NCBI GenBank assembly: GCA_018985225.1
Contig: JADGIF010000105.1
Span: forward strand, 1 to 19,843
DNA from: Amoeboradix gromovi X-113
Taxonomy: Eukaryota > Fungi > Sanchytriomycota
Direction: 5' to 3'
Length of the DNA stretch: 19,843 nt
The position numbers were made by a program, and so were the translations under genes. Shown here piece after piece: positions 9,757 to 19,360 of the stretch (the first letter of the stretch is position 1; each line of letters begins with the position of its first letter). The notes beneath the pieces are model-generated. The model made no database searches. It was not told the DNA's origin and saw only the letters and a program-made list of their open reading frames with translations.

Positions 9757-10020
9757 TCAGTCTGCAGCACCACCTAGTGTAACTATTTCAATTTCCTTTG
9801 AATTCCATGCTCTCAAGTGATACTTGCGCGGAAGACTATCGAATGATGACAGAACCTCTTTGTCGTATGTAAAATCTACGATTGTATCATTTAACATATG
9901 ATTGTTTGATTTGGATGAAGTTCCAAGGTTTTTAAGGGAAGAATTATCTGCAAGTGATTTATTGCTACCATGGCGAAAGTGGATTAATGGCCGATGTAAA
10001 AGTCGTGGAGATATTAGCAT
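9757..10020 (-). CDS. KGD4: Kgd4/Ymr31/MRPS36-like mitochondrial 2-oxoglutarate dehydrogenase adaptor, 87 aa
   Basis: N-terminal R..HRPLIHFR and C-terminal LPRKY....WNSKEIEIVTLGGA match the family pattern (P.I.F ... LP.r......s..Eie.I..GGA). Confidence 0.75.
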   Translation of the reverse strand: MLISPRLLHRPLIHFRHGSNKSLADNSSLKNLGTSSKSNNHMLNDTIVDFTYDKEVLSSFDSLPRKYHLRAWNSKEIEIVTLGGAAD

Positions 10021-10447
10021 CTTGTTTCAACTTATCCATGATTTTTGACAATTGTAGATTTTCTAAAAACAAGTCTTCTAGAAACCCGGAATTATCAATA
10101 ATGTCGTTCTCATCTTCTGCTAGAGTAAACTTCTGTATCTCAGTTTGTAGTTTCTCAGACATCTGGCTTGCGGTGTTGTACTTTTTCACAATTTCGTCTA
10201 TTTCATTTTTGTACTGAGCTACACGCTGGTAAATATTCTCGATATCAAAATTGTCCAATCTTTCGTTGCCCTCCATCTCTTCTTGATACTTTTTGTTTAC
10301 ATGATTTGCGTATTCTACATAGTCATTTAAAAATTCGTTTCCAACATTGTTAAATATGTCGTCTTGTTTCTTGCATTGTTCTGTCAAGTAATCAATATTT
10401 GAACATGTATTTCTGATCTTTTTATACAAAGTTTTTATGCTAGCCAT
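9965..10447 (-). CDS. Hypothetical acidic coiled-coil protein, 160 aa
   Basis: ATG-initiated ORF with heptad-like E/K/N/Q composition, divergent from RMD1. Its 3' end overlaps the start of the Kgd4-like ORF. Confidence 0.65.
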   Translation of the reverse strand: MASIKTLYKKIRNTCSNIDYLTEQCKKQDDIFNNVGNEFLNDYVEYANHVNKKYQEEMEGNERLDNFDIENIYQRVAQYKNEIDEIVKKYNTASQMSEKLQTEIQKFTLAEDENDIIDNSGFLEDLFLENLQLSKIMDKLKQDANISTTFTSAINPLSPW

Positions 10448-10531
10448 ATCTTTAACTTAATGTAAATGGCCTAAAATATATCAAATCAACTTTTTTCATA
10501 TTCACAAAACAAAAGGGACTTAGATTTCTTA

Positions 10532-11562
10532 ATGGAAAAACATCGAAAGCCCGTTAACAGAACGACTAAAAATTCTGCAAAGCTAACCTTATTTCCAGAA
10601 GCTCCACAGACACAGCCCAAATATGATATAGTTGCCCCAGAAACAGAAGAAAGGTTATTTGAAATATTGGATGAAGTTCCACCCGATCAGATATTACAAC
10701 TGGACAGAAGACGATTACCAAGATGTACTGCTTTATGTTTGGGTAATGATTTTGACTTTGAAATGCTTCAAGTCTATTTGCAATCATATGGAAAAGAGTT
10801 TAAAAAGATTGACGAGTGTATATATTGCAAGTGGGAAAATGATAACAACAAAGAGGCTGAATTATTCTTCTTTGATTATGGCGTAATAACCATTTGGGGC
10901 TTGAGCAGAGAAGAGGAAGGCTTGCTAGTTTCTAATTTTACTTCTTTTTCAAAAGAACCTGTTAGCAAGCTAGCTATCGAGGTTGAAGAACTGCTTTATT
11001 ACTACAACAGCAATTATCCTCCCCGCATATACAATGACATAATTGCGCTGAAATCTGCTGATAATTGGTTAGCTAAAATGACTATTTCGCACGCAATCTC
11101 ACAAAGCTGCAAGTTGGCTTTTTTCGAGAATCTTATAGATACCACTATTGAGCAAACCAAGGGAATCCCCAAGATGATGGCAAAAGCGGGCACAGTGCCA
11201 TTATCTCGTAAAGAAGTAAACATGAAAATTGGCAAACTATTCAGTATGCGTATTAATGTGAACTTGGTAAGTAATGTTCTGGACACTCCTGATATATTCT
11301 GGGCCGAGCCTTACATGGAGCCGTTATACCAAGCAATTCGTGGATATGTAATATTTCATTAATTTAGATGGAAATATCAGAGAGAGTTGAGATAGTAAAC
11401 CAAAGAGTAGGCGTAATAACAGACATGTTACAGATGTTAAAAGATCATATGCAGTCTTCTCATGGCGAGAGGTTGGAGTACATTGTCATAATATTAATTT
11501 GTTTAGAAATCGCTATAGGGTTGTTTACGATTTGTATAGATGCTATAAGTCTGCAGCAATAG
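10532..11562 (+). CDS. RMD1: Rmd1/DUF155-family protein; exons 10532-11347 and 11368-11562
   Basis: Motifs PRCTALC, FFFDYGVITIWG, RIYNDII.L, ISHAISQS.KL..FE and SNVLDTPDIFW; spliced YQAIRGY|MEISERV..VNQR; C-terminal LEYIVIILI..EI TM helix. Confidence 0.92.
11348..11367 (+). other. 20-nt spliceosomal intron GTAATATTTCATTAATTTAG
   Basis: GT...TAAT-TTAG; removing it gives the conserved RGY-xEI-xxRV motif. Confidence 0.9.
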
Positions 11563-11573
11563 GCATTAATAAA

Positions 11574-13343
11574 TCAATCTTGTTTATTTTCTGGCGACTT
11601 TATCTTTTGGTATACTACTTGCTCTTCTTCCGTAGTAAACAAAAGATATAATATACACAAAATCATGAATACCAGCACAGCCACAAAAACTAGATAGTTT
11701 TCAGCTAACATCCCAATCAAGCCCTAAGTTAATTCTAAAATTACACTCAATACACCATTATTGCCAAAAGACTCACTCGGCCATTCCTTGGATTTCCAAC
11801 TACTTGGTTGAGGTGTATTACCCAGAATATCTTTCAAATCAGAATTCGTAACTAAAGCGCTTAGAGCAGGAATTACAGTAGTTAATTTAATAGCGTCGCC
11901 ATCTGGATCAACTTTATAAAATTTATTATTTTTAGTGTTTAACAAAACAATCCCAGTACTAATACCAAACATGTTTTTGAACCACTCTGTATGCTGCTTT
12001 TGATTGAATAGTGCGAACTGAACAGACCTAGATATGTCTGCATCGTATACATGGGGAGGCACCATATTTTTAAATTTTATGGCCAGTTCTTCAAAGTCAT
12101 TTGCAGTTTGACCAATTCCAAGAACAGTCATATCGGGATCTGATAGAAGGGACTCAGAGTTATCACCGTTGATCTCAGCCATAAACGGGTATTTATTCTT
12201 TTTAAACCAGTTTTTTAAATGAATTCCACTGGCTGTACTTGCAAAATAGAACAGCAGCTGATTATCTTGCTGGGCATTCGGGTAATAGTACATGACATAG
12301 TTTTCAGTACTTTTTAAATGCATGGCTGTTTGAGTGCCTAATTTGGGACTGAAAATAGGCAAAAAATACTTGGCGTTGTGCAACGACATGGTGTACACTG
12401 GCGCGTCAAACTTGAGCTCCGCCGAGGCTTCCATATATGTTTTTAAATTGTTGTCAACATTGTTCGAATATATGATAATCCCCACGGCCTGGTTCTGTTG
12501 AACTTCTCTTAAATCTTTTTGTCGAAACTCTGAAATGTAAGATTTAGACAATGTCAACAAAGCGAATCGTTTCAAGCTATCCAGGGATCTGTCTCCACGG
12601 TATTTTTCACTTTTTTCACCGTTGATAAAGAGGAGAGTTGGATATCCTTGAACATCATACTTGGAACCAGTTATTTTGTTGATGCTAGCCTCAATCTTAC
12701 CAATATTAACTTTATTTTGGAGAGACTTGCCAAGCTGATCCCAAACAGGCTTTAAAGCTTTACAATGTCCACACCAGTCAGCATAAAACTCTATGAACCA
12801 GGGTTCATTCTTCACAATTGAGTCAAAATTAGAATCTTCTAAATCAACGACCTCTCCTTTAGGGTTGGATACGACATGTGACTTTTTGAAGTAGCGAGAT
12901 ACAAAGTTGTATCCACGAGTGTCTTCTTTTGCCAATTTTTCAACAGAAGATAAAAACTCAGTCACAAATTCGTATAATCGATCTAAATTTTCATTTCTCT
13001 CATACTCCTTAACTTTATTCGTACCATGATAACTGTAAATTGTCGGATAACCATCGATTTTCAAATCATCACATAACTTCTCTTGACCTGATAGTTCACA
13101 ATCATAAGATACGATTTTTATGGGAAGGTCTTTTGCCTTTTTAGATAACAGGTCAATAAACGGCAGCATTTTCTTGGAATAGTGACACCAGTGCGCGTAA
13201 TAGACAACAACTAAATTATTGCCAGTTTTAACATAGGTGTTATAGGTTTTAGGATTCAGCTCTATCACAAGTGAGTCACTCGGACGTACATATGGAGGAG
13301 ATTTACCTTTAGAAAATGCTAATAAAATTAGCAAGTAAAACAT
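11574..13343 (-). CDS. Transmembrane protein disulfide isomerase (Eps1/TMX3-like); exons 13343-11745 and 11723-11574
   Basis: Signal peptide and thioredoxin sites WCHYS and WCGHC. After a 21-nt intron the frame continues GLIGMLAENYLVFVAVLVFMILCILYLLF (TM helix)...KSPENKQD* with an ER-retrieval-like lysine tail. Confidence 0.9.
11724..11744 (-). other. 21-nt spliceosomal intron GTAATTTTAGAATTAACTTAG
   Basis: GT...TAAC-TTAG; it is 3n long with an in-frame TAG at its end, and removing it adds the TM anchor. Confidence 0.85.
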
Positions 13344-13475
13344 TCCTTTGTTTTACATTATAACAACCTAAATGAAAAAACTAATGAAGCGCTTAGCCTC
13401 TTGCCATAGTAGCAGCGTAGAATTGTAGCAAGGTAGCATCAAATCATAGTTGCTCAGTAGGCCAACAAAGTTTCA

Positions 13476-13943
13476 ATGTCAACTGGCTCCTTTCCGAAAT
13501 CTGATCCAAATGATGAGAAATATTACCATCCATATGAATTTATAGATCAGAATTTCATCCAGGAAAACAAAAAGATTCTAGACAAGTTAAGAAATTCCAG
13601 TTTTAGTAGCTCTTCGTATAAAGGTAACTACCCCATCAAATCACAGCCGTCAACCATTTCGCCACTTTTGATCCATACAAATCCCATGTTATGCAGCAAA
13701 TGCACAGCTAGCACATCTAATGTTCTCAAATTGCTTAGGAAACAGAACTATTCTAAACCAGACTATGTTTTGAATACAGGATTATATAGTGTGAGCGTTC
13801 CCAGCTCCGTTTATGGAAAGCAAGAGTTGATGTTCATATCAAAGCTTTGTCCAGACTGCCAAATTAATTGGGAATTTCGTTCCAAAACAAGCGATAAAAA
13901 GCTGTTGGTATTGAAGAAAAGTGATTCTAGAATCGGCCTTTAA
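13476..13943 (+). CDS. Hypothetical protein with two CxxC pairs (possible zinc binding), 155 aa
   Basis: ATG-initiated ORF containing CSKC and CPDC. No family recognised. Confidence 0.65.
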   Translation: MSTGSFPKSDPNDEKYYHPYEFIDQNFIQENKKILDKLRNSSFSSSSYKGNYPIKSQPSTISPLLIHTNPMLCSKCTASTSNVLKLLRKQNYSKPDYVLNTGLYSVSVPSSVYGKQELMFISKLCPDCQINWEFRSKTSDKKLLVLKKSDSRIGL

Positions 13944-14041
13944 TTTAATTGTATATAATATAAAATGTAAATAGAATAAATTTGTAAGTTATTATTTCTC
14001 ACTCTTAAATATTTTTTATTCGGTTGAAACAAATTCTTATC

Positions 14042-15223
14042 ATGCTTTCTACTGGACTTAAATCTGAATTCGATGTGGAAGATTTCATGGATGGTCTCGA
14101 TGACTGGTTTGAGGAATTCACCAACGATTTTGAGTACGACAGTGTTCTGACGGAAGCTAACACACCAGCCAAAGCAATAGTTGAACCATTTCAGGCGCAA
14201 CAATATATATCGCCCAACGTCTCTTCAGACTTCCTTCCTTCTGATTTTAAACAATATCCTATTACTCCAGTTAAACAATACCCAAAACTTTTGCCTAAAC
14301 AGCAACCTACTCCAAGCGCACTACATCAATTTCGTAACAACCAGGTTAAACAGACAATCACTTCACTACCTTTGGATTATATCCCTAAAAAGCTAACGTT
14401 TAAAAAAGTGCCTAAGAGATGTACTGGACATTTGGTCTTTTATACTCTATATACAGGCTACTTTAAACAGAAAGTTCCAGACATGGGTAAAAAAGATTTT
14501 GCAAAAATGATGGGCCAGATTTACAAAGAACTTCCACCTGAGCAAAAGTCTCTATTCGAGGGTTATTCTAAAAAGTACAATGAAGGCGCTGTTAAGATTA
14601 ATGAGAATGGCGATGCTGAATTAATTGAAGATTTTATTCAGAGTGCACCCAAACCAGTCAAAGCTGCCACCACTCCACCTAAAAAGGTTAAAAAACCAAA
14701 AGAAAAGAAGTTAAAAAGGAAAAGAGATCTGATTCCAGAGAACTACGTGTGTAAAATGACATTCGGAAATGTTCCTGTTAAAAGAAGAAGAGTTGAAAAT
14801 TCATCAGAAGGTGTTTCAAGTGATACTTCATCAATGAAAACACTAAATTTGAGCAGCGACGTTGTATTTCAACCACCAGGCTTTTTATCAAGTGATGTAC
14901 CGGACTACAGCGAATTTAAAGATGACCAGGACAAAGACTTGCCAACTACCCCAATAAAGCCTATCAAGCTCTGCTTTGCAGATGCTCCAGGAACCCCGAC
15001 TCAGTCGCGCAAAAAGTCTATCATTAAAACACCGATAAAAAAGAATAACTATTCAAAGATTATGCAAACAGATGATGACTGTGAGAATTTGGAGAATGTG
15101 AGGAATAACAAATCGGTTTTTGCTGCTGTTGACAAATCTACTCAAGTATCTCCAGTGAAACCAAAGGTCTTGATTCCTCGAAAGTATCGACAATTTGGTG
15201 ATGAGGAGAATTTAAAAAAGTAA
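14042..15223 (+). CDS. HMG-box DNA-binding protein
   Basis: KVPKRCTGHLVFY...FKQKVPDMGKKDFAKMMGQIYKELPPEQKSLFEGYS matches the HMG box; acidic N-terminus and basic NLS-like stretch. The first ATG is at 14042. Confidence 0.85.
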   Translation: MLSTGLKSEFDVEDFMDGLDDWFEEFTNDFEYDSVLTEANTPAKAIVEPFQAQQYISPNVSSDFLPSDFKQYPITPVKQYPKLLPKQQPTPSALHQFRNNQVKQTITSLPLDYIPKKLTFKKVPKRCTGHLVFYTLYTGYFKQKVPDMGKKDFAKMMGQIYKELPPEQKSLFEGYSKKYNEGAVKINENGDAELIEDFIQSAPKPVKAATTPPKKVKKPKEKKLKRKRDLIPENYVCKMTFGNVPVKRRRVENSSEGVSSDTSSMKTLNLSSDVVFQPPGFLSSDVPDYSEFKDDQDKDLPTTPIKPIKLCFADAPGTPTQSRKKSIIKTPIKKNNYSKIMQTDDDCENLENVRNNKSVFAAVDKSTQVSPVKPKVLIPRKYRQFGDEENLKK

Positions 15224-15329
15224 ATAATTATAATTGAATCTCTAAATTCCTGGCCAGGTACCACTTCAAGCCCTGGGGAACATGTACGCCCACCGATTAA
15301 AATGACCTGAAATTTTCGGTGGGGGGATC

Positions 15330-15872
15330 ATGGAACAGAATCAAATTTCTTCCCAATTTCAAATTGAATATGGGTACCATCAGCAACCAAATTTTAAGCA
15401 GAACGCAGATTTAAAATCGTCACTCTTAACGCCAGATGAAAGTCCGCAATCTCTACCCACTCAACAATTTGGAAATATGCAACCTTTGACACCTCAAATG
15501 TTATTTGCAACTCAACAACAACAATCGCAGCCATCGAATTATCCTTATTTTGATTATTCACCTCGACCATATCCAATTACATCACCGCATGCATTGCAAC
15601 CATACTATAATCAGCATCAGAACATTCCATATATCAAGGAGGATGTTAAAAAGCAACAGCACAAGCTAGCTGAGCAACGACGAAGAGATGATGCTAAAAA
15701 CGCGCTAACGAATCTTAGGGATAAAGTTCCATTCGCAAAAGAGAGAAAAATGGCAAGGGTAGAAATATTACAAGCAGCAACACTCTATATAGACTACCTG
15801 GAAAGCAAACTAAAGGACAGCGTGTTGGAATCAGAGTTTAGAGACATTTTAACTAAAGGAATGCCGCAATAA
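15330..15872 (+). CDS. bHLH transcription factor (H-E-R basic region, CACGTG E-box class)
   Basis: HKLAEQRRRDDAKNALTNLRDKVP...KMARVEILQAATLYIDYL, with a Q/P-rich N-terminus. Confidence 0.9.
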   Translation: MEQNQISSQFQIEYGYHQQPNFKQNADLKSSLLTPDESPQSLPTQQFGNMQPLTPQMLFATQQQQSQPSNYPYFDYSPRPYPITSPHALQPYYNQHQNIPYIKEDVKKQQHKLAEQRRRDDAKNALTNLRDKVPFAKERKMARVEILQAATLYIDYLESKLKDSVLESEFRDILTKGMPQ

Positions 15873-15885
15873 TTATATGAATAAA

Positions 15886-16025
15886 TAACTTATTTTATTT
15901 AGTTTCTCGTTAAAAGTCCAGATTCCGAGAAAATCGAGAATTTCCACAGAGAAACTAGCAATGCTAGATGCTCCGTCACAGTGATTGCTCAAGCTTTCAC
16001 TACCCTGAGGCGGGATTGAATAAGG
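15886..16025 (-). ncRNA. Candidate omega-RNA of copy 2 (guide ~15905-15886)
   Basis: Same conserved 3' segment as copy 1, followed by a different flank (AAACTAAATAAAATAAGTTA). Inferred from position. Confidence 0.55.
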
Positions 16026-16473
16026 ATGCATATACTTGATGTATATGTTCCTTGCTGTCATATGGTCTCTATCTATCTCCAAATAACAATTGGTACAGGT
16101 GTAGGTTTCTAAGTTGGTTTTCATTAGAGTACCACACCTTGTACATGTTTGACTAGTACATGATTCATTGCACTCGACCATCGTCTTTCCTCTTTGTTTA
16201 TACTTGAACTTCAAGCGTTCCTTGAATAAGTTGTGCAGATATCACTGTCTAGGCATTGAAAGACATTTAATTCTTCCATGTTTGGACCAACTTATCAGTC
16301 TGAGATGAATATATGCTGTACCTGCTAGTTATTTCTTTTGAATTGATTTAACATTTGCGAAAAGGAAGAATATCGATTATTAAGCTATTAGAAAAATCTG
16401 GAAAAGTCTTGAAATTATAAAAAAGTGCATACAAATTCGCTATAAATGATATATTCAAGAAAACAATCGAGCT
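15906..16473 (-). mobile_element. Non-autonomous, internally deleted IS607-type element with Fanzor2/TnpB C-terminus (copy 2, 568 bp, AG...AG ends)
   Basis: The minus strand begins AGCTCGATTGTTTTCTTGAATA (16473) and ends GGACTTTTAACGAG (15906). It has a frameshifted TnpA HTH (SKEITSRYSIYSS/RLISWSKHGRIKCLSMP), then FKERLKFKYKQRG...NESCTSQTCTRCG...CTNC..EIDRDHMTARNI. About 20 differences from copy 1 over ~324 nt (hand count). Confidence 0.9.
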
Positions 16474-16764
16474 ATTCAAATGTGAAGTTGTTGGGAAGCT
16501 CCACACGTTTGAGTTTCGAGAGCGTGAGCACACAGTATTAGTGCTTATTTAAGATGCTCCATTTACATTAGCGAGTATCACCCAGAGATCAGGCCAATAG
16601 GTCTACAATTTCTTCTCCGCCAAAATATTAGTTACGGACATTACAAGACCTTTAGACTTGCTTCAATGCCCCTACCATCATTTCAACTAACCTGGCGTGT
16701 TTGTTTATAACTACTTTAGCGTATTTTTTCTTTTGATCAAGTAACAAATAAATCACCATCAAAC

Positions 16765-16796
16765 ATTTAATAAACTGCGGTTCCAGTTTATTAAAT
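16765..16796. repeat. Perfect 13-bp inverted repeat with 6-nt spacer
   Basis: ATTTAATAAACTG-CGGTTC-CAGTTTATTAAAT. Confidence 0.85.
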
Positions 16797-17071
16797 TTAG
16801 CAAGATGTTCATTATCTTAAGGATACCATGGGTCAGTTTATTACATAGGTCAGTAGCAATCTATTTATGTGATACATAGCATTAAGTGAATTTGTTATTT
16901 AATTTTAAAAGAAATATCCTTAAAATCACTTAGTCTAGTTTTAATGTTAGCAACCTCTCTTTTTTGATCGTCCTTTATTAGATAGTTTTCCCGGCTATTC
17001 CAAATCTCAATTACCAGTAGCTTTATCTTCTTTGAGATTGTAACAATCTCCTTTATTTATTGAATTGAAAA

Positions 17072-19084
17072 ATGTTCCACGCCAAGATTACTAGAAAAGG
17101 TAAAATGGAAAAGACCAAAGAAATCTTGATTATTAGTGGGATTATGCAAACCTCCAAAAATAAAGCATTTGATGATGTGAATATTCCAATTTGGAAAATA
17201 AAAAAGGTGTCTCACAGTACGATAACTACTGATAAGTTTAACGTTAAATTGTCCAGTGAAGCACTGAACTACTTGTTGAATCTACCGGGGATATCATTTA
17301 CTGTAATAGACGAGCACCATATCGTTGAAATAAGGTCCTCTTTTGTTAAATATTATCACAAATTGGATTGTCTCCTAAGATACTTGAAAGACAAAATGGA
17401 TTTAGTGTCCTTTTTGGCTTACTTAAACTCAGAATGTGATGTTGGAAAGATTACGAAGAGATTTGAAACAAAGAAATCCAATTTCAAATCTGTGATTAAT
17501 GCTGAAAACATAAAAATCCTCACACAGATCTTCGAAGTGACGGACTCTATAAAGCTAGCGGAGGTCGCAATTGACAAGGCATGGAAGCGAAAAGATATCA
17601 AGCTTATATTCAATGAAATGGTAAAGTATTGCAATTCTCAGGTAATTTCTAAAGCATATTTCCAAGAATGGACAATGGTCAATATGCTTGATTTAACAAC
17701 AGAGATTCCAGATGTGGTTGATTTGGCCTTTTTTGAACAGTATTTGGAAAATCAGGATTTTTGTTACAACTCGCCACATTCCCTTGATTTTCCTCTCTCT
17801 TTCTATTTTATCAATTCCTCCCATAACACCTACTTATTGGGCAATCAATTAAACTCTCCATCGTCAACTGAAGGATATATAAATGCGCTGCTATTGGGAT
17901 GCCGTTGTGTTGAATTAGATCTATGGGACGGTCCGGTTGAACCTATAATATATCACGGTAGAACTTTAACCTCAAAGATACTCGTTAAGGATGCATTTGT
18001 TGCCATAAAACAGTTCGCGTTTGTTAAGTCGAATCTTCCAGTAATTTTGTCATTTGAAATGCATTGCAGTCTGCAGCAACAAGACATCATTGCTGACTAT
18101 CTTGTCACTATATTTGGCGATATGCTTTACACAGATAAACTCGATGGTCCAACAAATTATGAGGAGTATTTGCCAAGTCCGAATATGTTGCAAAATAAAA
18201 TTATTATCAAGGGCAAAGTGAACTCATTCAATCAAGATCTCACCTCAGAAGGTGAAGACTCTGATAAGATTGAGAAAAAGCAAACGAAAAGAATGACCAT
18301 TTCAACTAAATTGGAAACTTTAATTCCCTTATTAAGAGCATCTAAATTCACGACCATCAGTGAGATTTTGAGTGACCCCATAAAAAAATGTAGCAGGTCT
18401 ATATCCTCACTCAATGAGAACAAGTCACTAGAATTGATTAAGTCCAATCCTGATCAGTATTTGGCGTTGTCAAAAATCAGATTAAATAGAATATACCCTG
18501 CAAATAAAAGGGTGGATAGCAGCAATTTTGATCCTATTCCACATTGGAAGGTGGGGGCGCAAGTAGTAGCTCTTAACTTTCAGACAAATGATGTTGGAAT
18601 GACTTTAAACAATGCATTATTTCAACTAAATTCAAACTTGGGGTATGTATTGCGACCGAACTTGGTGGGCAAGGTTCCCGGGTATGTATTAGAGTCATAC
18701 ACATACATTATAGATATAGTGTCTTGTCAAAGACTGCCAAAACCATTCGAAAAAACGAAGGGAGAGATAATCGATCCATTTATAGAAACAACGTACTGGA
18801 GCTCTGAAGAGGAACCTAAAATATTTAAAACGAAAGCAGTACAAAACAACGGTTCGAATCCTATATTTAACGAGAAAATTAAACTTAAAGTTCAAGGAGC
18901 ATTTGGGTTTATAAATTTTGCAGTCTACGATTTAGATTTCTCATCAAACGATTTTATAGCGCATACTTCTGTGCACACAGGATCTTTAAAAGAGGGATAT
19001 AGACACTTGACATTTAGAAACAGTAGGAACGAGGTCTTAACCAGCACAATATTTATTAAAGTAACTAAGATTTTAAATAAATGA
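17072..19084 (+). CDS. PLC1: Phosphoinositide-specific phospholipase C (delta-like; X, Y and C2 domains), 670 aa
   Basis: [51 protein letters not shown]...[20 protein letters not shown], and C2 motifs [10 protein letters not shown] and GYRH. Confidence 0.96.
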   Translation: MFHAKITRKGKMEKTKEILIISGIMQTSKNKAFDDVNIPIWKIKKVSHSTITTDKFNVKLSSEALNYLLNLPGISFTVIDEHHIVEIRSSFVKYYHKLDCLLRYLKDKMDLVSFLAYLNSECDVGKITKRFETKKSNFKSVINAENIKILTQIFEVTDSIKLAEVAIDKAWKRKDIKLIFNEMVKYCNSQVISKAYFQEWTMVNMLDLTTEIPDVVDLAFFEQYLENQDFCYNSPHSLDFPLSFYFINSSHNTYLLGNQLNSPSSTEGYINALLLGCRCVELDLWDGPVEPIIYHGRTLTSKILVKDAFVAIKQFAFVKSNLPVILSFEMHCSLQQQDIIADYLVTIFGDMLYTDKLDGPTNYEEYLPSPNMLQNKIIIKGKVNSFNQDLTSEGEDSDKIEKKQTKRMTISTKLETLIPLLRASKFTTISEILSDPIKKCSRSISSLNENKSLELIKSNPDQYLALSKIRLNRIYPANKRVDSSNFDPIPHWKVGAQVVALNFQTNDVGMTLNNALFQLNSNLGYVLRPNLVGKVPGYVLESYTYIIDIVSCQRLPKPFEKTKGEIIDPFIETTYWSSEEEPKIFKTKAVQNNGSNPIFNEKIKLKVQGAFGFINFAVYDLDFSSNDFIAHTSVHTGSLKEGYRHLTFRNSRNEVLTSTIFIKVTKILNK

Positions 19085-19101
19085 ACACAAAAATTAGGCT
19101 C

Positions 19102-19360
19102 AGTTATTGAATTTTGTAGAATAAATCAATTATCTAGAATCTTTATGTATTTGTACATTATTACGTGCATTTTCCAGATTTTTCTAATAGCTTAAATACT
19201 CGATATACTTCATTTTCGCAAATGATAAACGGAATCAATGCATGTAATCCTGAGTATGTCAAATCTAAAGAAATAACTAACAGGTACAGCATAAATTCAT
19301 CAACGTCGCGGAACTGGTCCAAACATGGAACAGTTAAATGTCTTTTAATTCCTAGAAAGA
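19102..19360 (+). mobile_element. Left end of the IS607-type element with the TnpA N-terminal HTH (copy 3, truncated)
   Basis: Colinear without gaps with the copy 1 left end (TTTTGTAGAATAAATCAATTATC vs TTTTCTTGAATAAATCATTTATC), with AG at the same offset (19102-19103). From ATG 19222 it reads MINGINACNPEYVKSKEITNRYSINSSTSRNWSKHGTVKCLLIPRKR, resembling the MerR-like HTH of IS607 serine recombinases (Y.s.kE....y.v...TLr.W...G.ik....pggkR). Confidence 0.8.

Noticed and set aside
14042-15223. HMG-box gene as a sexP/sexM mating-type locus
   Set aside because: No flanking triose-phosphate transporter or RNA helicase genes, and the box cannot be assigned to MATA_HMG by eye.
15245-15330. U1 snRNA or H/ACA snoRNA resemblance
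   Set aside because: No ACTTACCTG 5' end, too short for U1, and no proper H or ACA boxes.
1758-18895. Many short antisense or nested ORFs in the track (e.g. 1758-2159, 3528-3803, 4909-5265, 11014-11286, 13940-14203, 18232-18447)
   Set aside because: They are shadows of well-supported genes on the other strand or frame.
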